A stretch of DNA of 64,000 nt from an uncultured Gemmatimonadaceae bacterium (GCA_963817955.1 CAWFQK010000003.1:210200-274199); one strand, 5' to 3'. Numbered from the stretch's first letter, positions 28,235-38,099 are shown. The notes: generated by a model not told the origin, from the letters alone. Made by a program: numbers and translations.

Positions 28235-30286
28235 TTAACGTTTGATGGGTGGAATTGGCGGCACCAGGCCACCTGCGGTCGAAGCCGCTGTGCGGTCTGG
28301 GGGCGGGGCGTCGCCCCAGACGTCGTTGGATGCATTGAAGTCGGGTACGGTCGGATCCGGCCACAGGCGCACGCCTACGACCGGGCGGTTCACGTCGATG
28401 CTCGCCATGTACCGGTCCGTGCGAGACCATATCTGCACGGGCAGCTTCACATCCTGTGTCGTTCCGTCATCGAACTTGAGACGCATCGTGACGGGGAACG
28501 GAATACTCGTCGCACGCCGCAACTGAATCTCCGCCACGTCCTGTCCGCTCACCTGCCGCATGGAAACACCATCGATTGCGATATCGAGCACATCCGTGCC
28601 GTAGAAGAACGCGTTCCAGAACCAAGAGAGATCTTCACCAGACACGTTCTCGATCGTGCGGAAGAAGTCAGCGGGCGTTGGGTGTTTGAAGGCCCATCGA
28701 CGCGCGTATTCTCGCATCGCCCGGTCCATTGCATCGCGGCCAATCACGTTGTCACGCAAGGCGAGGAGCACCGCGCCGGGCTTGCGATACCCGATCGCGC
28801 CAAGTGCGGCTGCGTCGATGCGATCCGGGGGCGTCATGAGTGGCGACTGCGTCCCGTCTTCCACGGATTGGCGCCAGTTCGACACGTAGGACGGGAATTC
28901 ATTGGTGCCCGGTGCGCGCCGTTCATTGGAGAAGGCATTCTGATAGGTGTTGAAGCCTTCGTCCATCCACGCGTAGCGCCGCTCGTTCGATCCGACGATC
29001 ATCGGGAACCACTCGTGGCCTTGCTCGTGATCGATCGTGCCGAAGATCGACGTGGGATCCGCCGAGCCGTAGTGCACCATGACGAACATGGGATACTCCA
29101 TGCCGCCGACCGGCCCGGCGACCGACGTCGCCTGCGGATACGGGAAGTGCAACCAGTGCTCCGAATAGGTACGAATGGACCACTGGGTTTGCTCGGCCGC
29201 CGATTCCCACGCCCGTCCCGATTTCGGAAACTGATAATACGCCTGCGTCAGCACGCCGTCCCAGCTCGTCGCGTCCCATCGGAAATCCGGCGCGGCAGCC
29301 CACGCCACGTCGCGGACGTGCTCGGCCCGGAACCGCCAGGTCTTCGTACCATTGACCGCGCGGCGCTTGCCCGCCGTGGCCTCGTCAGCCGTGATGATCT
29401 GCACGACACTGGCCGCGTGTGACGCCCGTTCGATTCGCTCCGACTGTGCCGGCGTCAGCACCTCGGCGCGGTTCTGCAACACGCCGCTGCCCGCGACAAC
29501 GTAGCCCGCCGGTACGGTCACCGAGTAATCGATGTCGCCGTACTCGAGATAGAACTCGCCCTGGCCAATGTATGGATCGGTATTCCAGCCGCGCACGTCG
29601 TCGTACACCGCCATGCGCGGATACCACTGCGCGATTTCATAGAGTGTGCTGTCGCGGCCCATGCGATCCGAACCGTGCTCGGGAACCGCGAAGGCATACT
29701 GAAGTCCGATGTTCAGCACGCCGCCATGTGGCGCGAGCGGCGCGTCGAGATCGATGCGCATCATGGTGTCGTCAGTCTTGCCCGCGGCGCCGCGACCATT
29801 GACCTGCAACCCGGTGATGTCGTAGCCCCCCTGAAAGCCTCGCACGCCCCAGCGTGACTCGGCCGGAAACATCGCCGATCCTTTGCTCCCCGGGCGATAC
29901 AGATTCTGGTCGAGCTGCAGCCAGACGAAGCGCAGTGTATCGGGCGAGTTGTTGGTGTAGTGAATGCTCACCGTACCGCGGATCGTCTTGGCGGCGGTGT
30001 CGAGCGTGGCGGCAATGGTGTAATCAGCCCGCTGCTGCCAGTAGTCCGGGCCCGGCATTCCGCTGGCGGTGCGGTACTGGTTGGGCCCCGGCCAGTCCAT
30101 GCGATCGATCCGGTGCATAGGATCGTCAGCTACCGTCATCAAAGGTCGCGTGGCCGTCGGCACGGGGGCGGGGGCGGTGGTCGTCACATGGACGGTGTCG
30201 ATGCGCACTGGCGTCAGTACGGGTGTCTGATGCACGGCGCACGCGCCGAGAAACGCGATCAGAGATGCAGCGAACGATGGTTTCAC
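28235..30286 (-). CDS. M1 family zinc aminopeptidase lipoprotein
   Basis: Lipobox LGAC, YWQQRADY, GGMEYP, HEQGH-x18-E; RBS AAGGAG before GTG at 30286. Confidence 0.92.
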   Translation of the reverse strand: MKPSFAASLIAFLGACAVHQTPVLTPVRIDTVHVTTTAPAPVPTATRPLMTVADDPMHRIDRMDWPGPNQYRTASGMPGPDYWQQRADYTIAATLDTAAKTIRGTVSIHYTNNSPDTLRFVWLQLDQNLYRPGSKGSAMFPAESRWGVRGFQGGYDITGLQVNGRGAAGKTDDTMMRIDLDAPLAPHGGVLNIGLQYAFAVPEHGSDRMGRDSTLYEIAQWYPRMAVYDDVRGWNTDPYIGQGEFYLEYGDIDYSVTVPAGYVVAGSGVLQNRAEVLTPAQSERIERASHAASVVQIITADEATAGKRRAVNGTKTWRFRAEHVRDVAWAAAPDFRWDATSWDGVLTQAYYQFPKSGRAWESAAEQTQWSIRTYSEHWLHFPYPQATSVAGPVGGMEYPMFVMVHYGSADPTSIFGTIDHEQGHEWFPMIVGSNERRYAWMDEGFNTYQNAFSNERRAPGTNEFPSYVSNWRQSVEDGTQSPLMTPPDRIDAAALGAIGYRKPGAVLLALRDNVIGRDAMDRAMREYARRWAFKHPTPADFFRTIENVSGEDLSWFWNAFFYGTDVLDIAIDGVSMRQVSGQDVAEIQLRRATSIPFPVTMRLKFDDGTTQDVKLPVQIWSRTDRYMASIDVNRPVVGVRLWPDPTVPDFNASNDVWGDAPPPDRTAASTAGGLVPPIPPIKR

Positions 30287-30300
30287 GCGGTTCTCCTTGG

Positions 30301-30439
30301 GACACGGGACACGGCGACGAGACACGGGAGACGAGTTGCCTTACTGTTCGGAGTTGGTGGCGGGGATGACTCGGTATCCGTTAGCAAAATGTATTCGGGC
30401 GCATTCGTTCGCGTGTCCCGTGTCTCATGTCTCGTGTCT
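30301..30439. repeat. Inverted pair of heptamer arrays (GACACGG/GAGACGA at 30301-30334; CGTGTCY at 30412-30439)
   Basis: Read directly; same unit as the 28192 array. Confidence 0.75.
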
Positions 30440-30443
30440 CAAA

Positions 30444-31607
30444 ATGACCAGCCGCTCTCGAATCACTCGCTTGGAGTCGGCGCCAAGCGTCGACGGTAGC
30501 CAGCTCCGCGCCACGGCGGCGGGCACCGCGCAATACTGCAGGCGTTTCCTGTCGCGGTTCTCTCCGGACTATTTCAGAGCGACCACCTTCGGGGTGACGG
30601 TTTCGTCGATCGGTCTCGGAACCTATCTCGGCGAGAGCAATGCCCAGGACGACGCTGCGTACGACGCTGCGATCGGGCGCGCCATTGAGTCGGGGATCAA
30701 CATCATCGACTCGGCGATCAACTATCGCTGCCAGCGGTCGGAACGTGCGGTGGGCGCAGCACTTCAGCGTGTCTTTGCCGCCGGAACCCTGTCCAGGCAA
30801 GAGCTCGTCGTGTGCAGCAAGGGCGGATACATCCCGCTGGACGGCAATCCGCCCGCCACACGAGAAGCATACCAGGCCTACGTGCGGCGGGAGTTCGTGG
30901 ATCCGGAAATTCTGCATGCCGACGACATCGTCGCCGGCGGGCACTCCCTGGCTCCGCGCTTCCTGCGCTATTGTCTGGCGAAGAGTCGCCAGAACCTGGG
31001 GCTCCGGACGATCGACGTCTACTACATCCACAACCCCGGCCAGCAACTGGTCAGCGTAGCCCCAGAAGACCTCCGCGAACGCATCCGCGGCGCCTTCACG
31101 GTGATGGAAGAGGCGGCGGGACGTGGCGAGATTGGGGTGTATGGTTGCGCCACATGGGACTCACTCCGGGTGCCACCGGGCGAGAAGGCGCACCTGTCAC
31201 TCGAAGACCTGGTGGAGTTGGCGCGCCAGGCAGCGGGGGGCGCTGACCACCACTTCCGGGTAGTCCAGCTACCGATCAACCTGGCGATGGTCGAGGCGGT
31301 TCGAGTGCCGACGCAGAAGCTTGGCGACAGGATGGTGACGGTGCTCGAGGCAGCGACGGAGCTGGGATTGACAGTGGTCGCGAGTGCGGCGCTGATGCAG
31401 GCCCGTCTCGCCAGTGGACTACCGGACCAGCTTCGGGAGGCTTTTCCCGATTGCATGACGGACGCACAGCGGGCAATCCAGTTCACGCGGACGCTGCCGG
31501 GTGTGACGACAGCGCTCGTCGGGGCGAAACAGGCCGATCACGTCGATGAGGACATTCGCTCAGCGCGAGTGACGGAAGAGGCGCCTCATTCGTCATATCG
31601 GGCGTAA
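30444..31607 (+). CDS. Aldo/keto reductase
   Basis: SSIGLGTY, IDSAINY, SKGG, IDVYYIHNP, VQLPIN. Confidence 0.9.
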   Translation: MTSRSRITRLESAPSVDGSQLRATAAGTAQYCRRFLSRFSPDYFRATTFGVTVSSIGLGTYLGESNAQDDAAYDAAIGRAIESGINIIDSAINYRCQRSERAVGAALQRVFAAGTLSRQELVVCSKGGYIPLDGNPPATREAYQAYVRREFVDPEILHADDIVAGGHSLAPRFLRYCLAKSRQNLGLRTIDVYYIHNPGQQLVSVAPEDLRERIRGAFTVMEEAAGRGEIGVYGCATWDSLRVPPGEKAHLSLEDLVELARQAAGGADHHFRVVQLPINLAMVEAVRVPTQKLGDRMVTVLEAATELGLTVVASAALMQARLASGLPDQLREAFPDCMTDAQRAIQFTRTLPGVTTALVGAKQADHVDEDIRSARVTEEAPHSSYRA

Positions 31608-31659
31608 GACCTTATGGCGTATTGGGTTGGCGTGTGCGCCACCCTGCTCGTCGTACGCC

Positions 31660-31715
31660 GCGTTACACTAGTCGGTCCAGGTGTAACGGCTGGATAATGG
31701 TGTAGCCATTACTAT
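31660..31715 (+). promoter_or_regulatory. GTAAC-box promoter module (copy 1) upstream of pilin 1
   Basis: GTTAC 31662, GTAAC 31683 (+21), ATAAT 31694 (+11), then TACTAT at 31710; aligns with the copies at 42326 and 42475. Confidence 0.6.
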
Positions 31716-31788
31716 GCGCCCTGTTCCCGTGCCTTCGTCGGGCCTAACGCGGCGATGACGTCGCGAACGTAACATTGAATAGGTGACC

Positions 31789-32469
31789 ATGATGCTGAAG
31801 ACTATGACTCCCGCGCGCCGCCGCGCTGGTTTCACACTGATCGAGACCATCGTCACGGTGGGTCTCATCGCGGTGCTCGCCGCCTTCGTGATTCCATCGG
31901 TCATTCAAAAGGCCGGCGCGGGCGATCCGGTCAAGGTTCAGAACGACCTGAACACGGTTCGGACGGCAATCGAGACCTTCGCCACCGACACCAAGGCAGG
32001 ATTTCCACATCAAATATCGTTGTTGACCTCCAAGCCAGTCGCGGCGACCGATCACCTCATCGACAGCACCCTGATTACCAGCGGACAGGTGTCGCTCTGG
32101 AACGGTCCATACCTTGGGGCGACGATCTCTTCGACAGTCAAGGACAGCATCGCCACTGGCTATACGGCGTACATCCGCAATTTCATCGACCGCTACGACA
32201 TCGTGAATAATGCCGCGGCTCACGATACGCTGGGTGTAGTCAATGTGGCATTTTCGGCGACGAGCACGCTCTTCGCAGCAATACGCATCGACGGACTGAC
32301 CGTCGCGCAGGCAAAGGCGATGAACACGTTGTTCGACGGCGCAAACGACGCGAACCTGGGGGACGGATCGAATACGACCGGCCGGTTCCGCTTCCTCGCT
32401 CCGGCGCTGACGGGTCCTCAAGCCAACCAAGTCGTCGCCTACTATATGGCTGCACCGATCACCCAATAG
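31789..32469 (+). CDS. Type IV pilin/pseudopilin (GspG-like), pilin 1
   Basis: RRRAG|FTLIETIVTVGLIAVLAAFVIP class III signal (Phe+1, Glu+5), WNGPYL. Confidence 0.9.
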   Translation: MMLKTMTPARRRAGFTLIETIVTVGLIAVLAAFVIPSVIQKAGAGDPVKVQNDLNTVRTAIETFATDTKAGFPHQISLLTSKPVAATDHLIDSTLITSGQVSLWNGPYLGATISSTVKDSIATGYTAYIRNFIDRYDIVNNAAAHDTLGVVNVAFSATSTLFAAIRIDGLTVAQAKAMNTLFDGANDANLGDGSNTTGRFRFLAPALTGPQANQVVAYYMAAPITQ

Positions 32470-32478
32470 GCGCACACC

Positions 32479-33195
32479 ATGGTCAGCGAGCTGCAGGACA
32501 GCATGGTCGACATGCGCGCGTTGCGCCAGCGGCGTGGCTTTACCCTCATCGAGACGATCGTCACGGTAGGACTGATTTCCGTGATGGCGGCGTTCGTCGT
32601 GCCCTCTGTACTCAAGAAGGCCGATGCCGCAGATCCGGTGAAGGTGGCGACCGATCTGAACTCCATCTCAACGGCTATCCAGTCGTTCGCGTCAGACGTC
32701 AAGGGTGCTTTGCCTGGGGATCTCGAAGATCTCACCGATCCGTTGATGACCAACGGGACGTGCAACACGATCAATCCGTGCGATTCCACGGTTACGCACG
32801 TCAACATCTTCACGGTTGCGCAGGCGGCGCTCTGGCGTGGACCGTACTTGCAGGCGTCGATTGGTCCGAGCCCAGATGCGGCGATTCGTAGCGGATATGT
32901 GGCAGATATCCACAATACCCTGGTGCGCTACGATGCCACGAGCGGGGTGCCAGAGTGGTGTTCCGGCATCGGAACACAGCTCGTCCCTTGCGCTGGATTC
33001 ATCGTGACGAATCCACTGTACGTAGCGGTGCGGGTGGACAGTCTCAATCTTGCCCAGGCGCTGATCGTCAACAACATCATCGACGGACCAAACGAGGCGC
33101 AGCCAGGCTTGCAGGGACGCTTCCGGTTCCCCACGCCAGCGTCGCCAACGGCTTTGGCGACACCGGCTTACTTCCTGGCTACGCCGGTGCCGTAA
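32479..33195 (+). CDS. Type IV pilin/pseudopilin (GspG-like), pilin 2
   Basis: QRRG|FTLIETIVTVGLISVMAAFVVP, WRGPYL, two Cys pairs; paralog of pilin 1. Confidence 0.9.
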   Translation: MVSELQDSMVDMRALRQRRGFTLIETIVTVGLISVMAAFVVPSVLKKADAADPVKVATDLNSISTAIQSFASDVKGALPGDLEDLTDPLMTNGTCNTINPCDSTVTHVNIFTVAQAALWRGPYLQASIGPSPDAAIRSGYVADIHNTLVRYDATSGVPEWCSGIGTQLVPCAGFIVTNPLYVAVRVDSLNLAQALIVNNIIDGPNEAQPGLQGRFRFPTPASPTALATPAYFLATPVP

Positions 33196-33284
33196 CAGTG
33201 TTTGCCGAGAATTAAAGATTGCGGGGCCGAGAGCCGATACTCAAATGTTGGTACCCGGCCCCAGTTCGTATCAGGGATACGAAA

Positions 33285-33338
33285 AGTGGCACAAAATGCT
33301 CCTTGCAAGAGTTGACATTTAGTGCCACTCTTTAGCCT
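33285..33338 (+). promoter_or_regulatory. Inverted repeat overlapping a TTGACA -35, upstream of the large lipoprotein
   Basis: AGTGGCACAAAATG (33285-98) / CATTTAGTGCCACT (33316-29), 13/14 match; TTGACA at 33312. Confidence 0.5.
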
Positions 33339-33526
33339 GGTGGGAATGCTTTTGGCACCGATGTAGGTGCAGCACGAAGTTCGATCGCGCGTGGCAACGC
33401 TGGCCGCGCGTTGGGCAAATCAAATTTGTGACATGGATGGCGGCGCGAATCTTGTGTTCGTTGCCGATGTGTTCGCGCTGTTTCGGCACTCTGCCGTGAA
33501 GTATTTCTTTGGACGAGACCTCGACG

Positions 33527-36500
33527 ATGATCTCTCTCCGGTCGTTCGCTTCCTCTACGGTTCTTGCGTGCGCTGCGCTGCTGGTCGCAGGCTGTACGGA
33601 CGGCCCAATGGGCCCCCTGAGCGCAACGCGTCAGGCGGGCAAGGCGAATTTCGACGGGAAGGTCGGTAGCACTGGCAATTCCGCCAAGAACGGCTCGATC
33701 GACGTGCGCGTGCTGCTCGACAAGAGCGGCGGCGCGGTGCTCGAGATCCGTACCGGCACCTTTGACGACGCCACGAATACCGGAACGCCTAACGGCTACT
33801 TCCAGAATGTTCAGTACAAGGTGTATGACGGGTCAAAGAAGCAGGTGCAGGTAGAGAACGTCAAATTCAAGACCGACGGAACCACCAAATACGTCACGTC
33901 GATCAACCTCTGCTCCACGAATGAAGATGAGGAGTACGACGACCACAACCACGACCACGACCACGACCACGACCGCGACCACAACCATGAGAATCGCACG
34001 CCGTCGTGCGCAAAGACGTTCGGCGCCGGCTGGACCGTGTCTGTCCAGGCGAATCTCAAGGGCGTCGGCGGCGACGACAAGAAGACCGACGTTGTTCGCG
34101 TCGATGGAACGCCGGTGTATCTCCCCGACGTCGACCTGACCAAACAGGGCATTTACGTTGTTGGCGCCGACGGATCGCAGTCGCCCGCATCGCAGGTGAC
34201 ACCTGGCGTGGCAACGACGTACTCCGTCACGATTCCCAACAACAAGCCTGTGCTTGGCTTGCCGAACAGCGTTGGCGTCGTCACGACGTGCGCCGTGTCC
34301 GTCGATGGCATCACGCAATTCGCACTGCCAACGTCAGGTTTCGGCAAAAGCTCCAATCCGAACCTGTTCAGCTATGTCGGCAGCGGCACGCAGACGATCG
34401 CCGGTGGAGCGAGCGCCCCCTGCCAGTTCACGCTGACATTGTCAGCCGGCAAGCACACCGTCAAGGTGACCGCAGTCGTTCTGTATCCCGGCGATTACGA
34501 TAGTTTGAACAACAGCACTCAGGCGATCACCGTCACGGCGGTCTCCGGGTCGCCGGACATCGCGGCCGGCGTGCTGCAGGCCGACATCGGGAACGGACAA
34601 GTACAGACTCTCGACAAGACGATTTACGCGGGTCAGTCGCTCAACCTCGACCAATGGGTGTCGCTCGTCAGCGGCGCTCCGCCGGGAACCGTGACGTGCA
34701 CCCTGACGATCACCAATACCGCCACGAACGCCGTTACGACGGCGAGCGGCTCCGTGGCACTGACGTCGGGCGATGCCAAGGCTTGCGCGATTCCGTACAG
34801 CTTTGCAGCGGCAGGCACGTACTCGGTGACCAGCGTCGTCATGCCCCCGTCCGGCGTGACCGATCCAGTCCTTGCCAACAATACCGCGACGAATACGGTC
34901 ACGGTGAGCGTGGCTGTCGCATCGGCGAATGTCGTCGTCAGCAGCCTCGCGTTCACGGACGCCGCGGTGAACGCGACGACGCAAGTATTCTCGCCGTCAT
35001 CAAATCCAGCGGCAGACACCATTCATTCTGGCGACGTCGTCACGTACGCGGCGACGGTCAGCGCGAGCAACTTCCTGAACGCCACGTCGGTCCCGTCAGT
35101 CACCTGCACGGCAACGGACAACGGAACCGACATCACCAAGTCCGTTACGTGGATCAAGCAGGCGGTGGCGAGCTTGGGGACGAGCGCCCAATCGTGCAGC
35201 TTCCAGTACACGATCACCGAGAGCGACGTGAATTCGTCGCACCCGCATACGATCGGCGTGTCGGTCTCGACCGGGAATTTCACCAATACCGCGACGACCA
35301 ACGCGACCGGCACGGGAACGGTCACGATTCCGGCGGTTTCCCCGCAGGCTGCGGTCGTCGTAAGCCAGCTGTCGTTCACGGATGCAGCCGAGCACATCAC
35401 GTCGCGCGCCTTCTCGCCCACCGCCGATCCAACGGCGGATACCGTACACTCGGGTGACGTGGCCAGGTACGAGGCAACGATCAGCGCCACGGGCTTCCGA
35501 AATGCTACGGCCGTGCCGGTGACGTGTTCTGCAACGGTGGATGGAGTGAGCGTCACGTCCGGTTGGGTTACGCAGACGATCAGTCTTGGTACGACGCCGC
35601 AAGTGTGCAGCTTTACGCGCGCGATCACTGAGACTGACAATCTGATGCACCCGCACAACATCCAGTTCTTCGTCACGACCGGCACGTTCGTGAACACGGC
35701 GAAACCGGCAGATACGAGCCGGCTCGGTGTGATCAATGACTACCGACGCGTGGATGTTTCGGTGGGCGCGCTTCAGTTGCTCAATGCGAGCGGCAACCCG
35801 ATCGATCTTTCAAAGAACGGTGTGCAGCAAGGCGCGACGGTAACGTTGCAGGTTCCGATCACGAATCTCGATCCGACGACGGCAACGTCGGTGAACTGCG
35901 GTATCCTCTCGAACGACACCGGCGCCCCTATTACCACATTCGCGTTGCCGTCTGCGGACATCGTGGCGAGCTCGCTCAGGCCGGTGACGCTCACCACCAC
36001 CGCCATCACTCTGGCGGCGAATGGCACCGGCGTATGCCAGTACAGCGTTACGGCACCGACCGACCAAGGCCTGATTTCAATCCCGCTGGTTGCGTTGGTG
36101 ACGTCCACGACGGATAGTCCGCCCGATCCCGATCCCCGGAACAACGCATCGTTCGGTAGCCTGACCGTCGTCAGCAGCGGCGCGTTCACGAATGTGGCCG
36201 GCGGCGTCTTCAGCCTGGCGCAGGAGTGGACAAATCCGTTCACCCCGGCGTCTGATTGGCCGGTGGTTGGCACGCTCGACAACCAGAACTTTAAGGCGTC
36301 TCAGCTCTCACTGCTGGTCGTGCCGACGAAAAATATTCTGGGAACGTTCGCGCTGAGCGGAACAGTGATTAGTGGCCCAGCCACTGCACCCGTCACGTTC
36401 GGCACCGGGACGCTTCCGGCGGCCGAGCTTCGTGCTTCGACCGGACCGGGCGATACGCCGTGCATCACCATCGGACCGTTGGCTCCGCTCGGCAACGCCG

Positions 36501-36820
36501 GCGAGCCAGAAATCAAGTATTTCGCACAGGTCTGCGCGACGCAGGCGCCTCAGGACGGTTTCCAGGCGATCTTTGTGAACTACTCCCAGTCGATGCAAGG
36601 GCCGCTGGCGCCGACTCCGACCACCCTGTTCTTCACGAATTCGGTTGTGATGAAGATCCGGCTTGATTTCACGCTTACAGGCAGCACCATTGCGGATAAG
36701 GTCACCGCTACTATTACCGTGCCGGTGATTACGCTAGCCGATAATTGCGGCCCCAACCAGGGTGGGACCGCAAATGCATGTTCGACCACCTTCGGAGCCC
36801 CCACGGTTTCGACCCCGTAA
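33527..36820 (+). CDS. Large Thr/Ser-rich surface lipoprotein with Cys-paired Ig-like (CARDB/DUF11-like) repeats; putative adhesin
   Basis: Lipobox LVAGC; repeated V.C....C beta modules, several ending D...NN; internal 141-aa duplication; His-Asp loop. Confidence 0.7.
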   Translation: MISLRSFASSTVLACAALLVAGCTDGPMGPLSATRQAGKANFDGKVGSTGNSAKNGSIDVRVLLDKSGGAVLEIRTGTFDDATNTGTPNGYFQNVQYKVYDGSKKQVQVENVKFKTDGTTKYVTSINLCSTNEDEEYDDHNHDHDHDHDRDHNHENRTPSCAKTFGAGWTVSVQANLKGVGGDDKKTDVVRVDGTPVYLPDVDLTKQGIYVVGADGSQSPASQVTPGVATTYSVTIPNNKPVLGLPNSVGVVTTCAVSVDGITQFALPTSGFGKSSNPNLFSYVGSGTQTIAGGASAPCQFTLTLSAGKHTVKVTAVVLYPGDYDSLNNSTQAITVTAVSGSPDIAAGVLQADIGNGQVQTLDKTIYAGQSLNLDQWVSLVSGAPPGTVTCTLTITNTATNAVTTASGSVALTSGDAKACAIPYSFAAAGTYSVTSVVMPPSGVTDPVLANNTATNTVTVSVAVASANVVVSSLAFTDAAVNATTQVFSPSSNPAADTIHSGDVVTYAATVSASNFLNATSVPSVTCTATDNGTDITKSVTWIKQAVASLGTSAQSCSFQYTITESDVNSSHPHTIGVSVSTGNFTNTATTNATGTGTVTIPAVSPQAAVVVSQLSFTDAAEHITSRAFSPTADPTADTVHSGDVARYEATISATGFRNATAVPVTCSATVDGVSVTSGWVTQTISLGTTPQVCSFTRAITETDNLMHPHNIQFFVTTGTFVNTAKPADTSRLGVINDYRRVDVSVGALQLLNASGNPIDLSKNGVQQGATVTLQVPITNLDPTTATSVNCGILSNDTGAPITTFALPSADIVASSLRPVTLTTTAITLAANGTGVCQYSVTAPTDQGLISIPLVALVTSTTDSPPDPDPRNNASFGSLTVVSSGAFTNVAGGVFSLAQEWTNPFTPASDWPVVGTLDNQNFKASQLSLLVVPTKNILGTFALSGTVISGPATAPVTFGTGTLPAAELRASTGPGDTPCITIGPLAPLGNAGEPEIKYFAQVCATQAPQDGFQAIFVNYSQSMQGPLAPTPTTLFFTNSVVMKIRLDFTLTGSTIADKVTATITVPVITLADNCGPNQGGTANACSTTFGAPTVSTP
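33941..33988 (+). repeat. In-frame hexamer repeat (GACCAC-like)x8 encoding DHNHDHDHDHDRDHNH
   Basis: Read directly. Confidence 0.9.
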
Positions 36821-36905
36821 GCTGCGCCGCGCACTTCGTAACGCGCCATCGACTCGGATCGTCTGAGTGATGGCGCGTTTCGCGTTCCGTACCCGCGTGT
36901 ACATC

Positions 36906-38096
36906 ATGAAGCGTTCTCATCGACTTGGTCGCGGCTTCACCCTGATGGAGGTTGCTGTCGCCGCCGCCATCTTGGCGATGCTTGCCGCGGTAACGTCTCC
37001 GTACCTCGTTGAGTTCATCGACAAGCAGCAGGCCCAAACGACCGCAGACAAGCTCGCGGCGCTCGCCGCAGGCGTGGCTGCCTTCGAGAACAATGTGCAC
37101 TCCGGCGCCGCCGCCACGGCTCTGACGTATCCTGGACGCATTGGCGAACTGGCAAACGCCATCACTGCCTCGAACGCGTCATACCGTAATAGTTGTGGGG
37201 TTAACTTCAACGCGACTGCCGTCACGGGCTGGAATAGCTTTGGCCCATTCGTAACGTTCTACGTCGACAGCACCAACGGCTACAGCACGCCGCTTGGCAT
37301 GGTGAGTGATGCAATGGTCCGCAATCCGACCACCGCGAACGGCAGCAGCACGGGCGCCGGCACGTTGGCCCTTCGCATGATTGCGATCGACTCTTCCGAT
37401 GCCGTCGATCTCGATCTCATCGTTGACGGTGGCGATGGCGGTGCCTCAGGTGTCCTCCGCTACACCATCGGCACGACGACGGCACATATGGCCGACGTGT
37501 CGTATTTCATTCCGGTCGCGGACCAAGTGCTGAAACGCCGCCGCGCACAACAGGGCTTTACGCTCGCCGAAGTGCTCGTGGCCTTCGTGTTGATTGGCGT
37601 GCTCGCGGCCGTCATCGTTCCCACCGTTCGCGGCCGGCTGCAGTCGGGCTACGAGAGCGCCATCATCTCGGAATTCACCAACCTGTCGTCCGCCATCACC
37701 GCGTATCGTCAGGACGTCGGCAAATACCCACCCAGTCTCGATTATCTGTCGGCTCTCCGGACGCCGACGCCGTTAGATCGGTGCGGCATCGCGCTCAGCG
37801 CGAATGCGATTGCCTCGTGGCGCGGACCCTATACCACGCGCACCATTCCGATCGTCGGTGGCGGCGGCGGCTACATGTTCGCGTCAAAGGACACCATCGC
37901 CGATCTCATGTCAGTGAGCACCGCGCCAGTCGGCTTTTCGATCACGCTCAAGGGCCCCGACACGCTCACCGCTCACAACGTCGATCTTCAAGTGGATGGC
38001 GTCGCCAACGCGACCGCCGGCAATCTGCAGTGGACGGTCAACGGGGCGGACGTCTGGATCAACTACATCATTGCCACAAAATCCGGAGCCTGTTGA
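36906..38096 (+). CDS. Two type IV pilins in one ORF (pilin 3 plus pilin 4); possibly two genes, 36906-37533 and 37527-38096, joined by a 1-nt insertion
   Basis: Class III signals GRG|FTLMEV and an internal QQG|FTLAEV; removing one C at 37523-4 gives ...ADKC* overlapping a GTG start. Confidence 0.85.
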   Translation: MKRSHRLGRGFTLMEVAVAAAILAMLAAVTSPYLVEFIDKQQAQTTADKLAALAAGVAAFENNVHSGAAATALTYPGRIGELANAITASNASYRNSCGVNFNATAVTGWNSFGPFVTFYVDSTNGYSTPLGMVSDAMVRNPTTANGSSTGAGTLALRMIAIDSSDAVDLDLIVDGGDGGASGVLRYTIGTTTAHMADVSYFIPVADQVLKRRRAQQGFTLAEVLVAFVLIGVLAAVIVPTVRGRLQSGYESAIISEFTNLSSAITAYRQDVGKYPPSLDYLSALRTPTPLDRCGIALSANAIASWRGPYTTRTIPIVGGGGGYMFASKDTIADLMSVSTAPVGFSITLKGPDTLTAHNVDLQVDGVANATAGNLQWTVNGADVWINYIIATKSGAC

Positions 38097-38099
38097 TCC

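Noticed and set aside
27797..29422. Long alternative-frame ORFs (541 aa here; also 51499-53097 and others)
   Set aside because: Antisense shadows of well-supported genes, expected in high-GC DNA; no recognisable motifs.
33285..33370. Sigma54 promoters at TGGCAC motifs (also 8725 and 60138)
   Set aside because: The GG-N10-GC spacing fails here and at 8725; at 60138 the -12 element reads AGGC, too weak to call.
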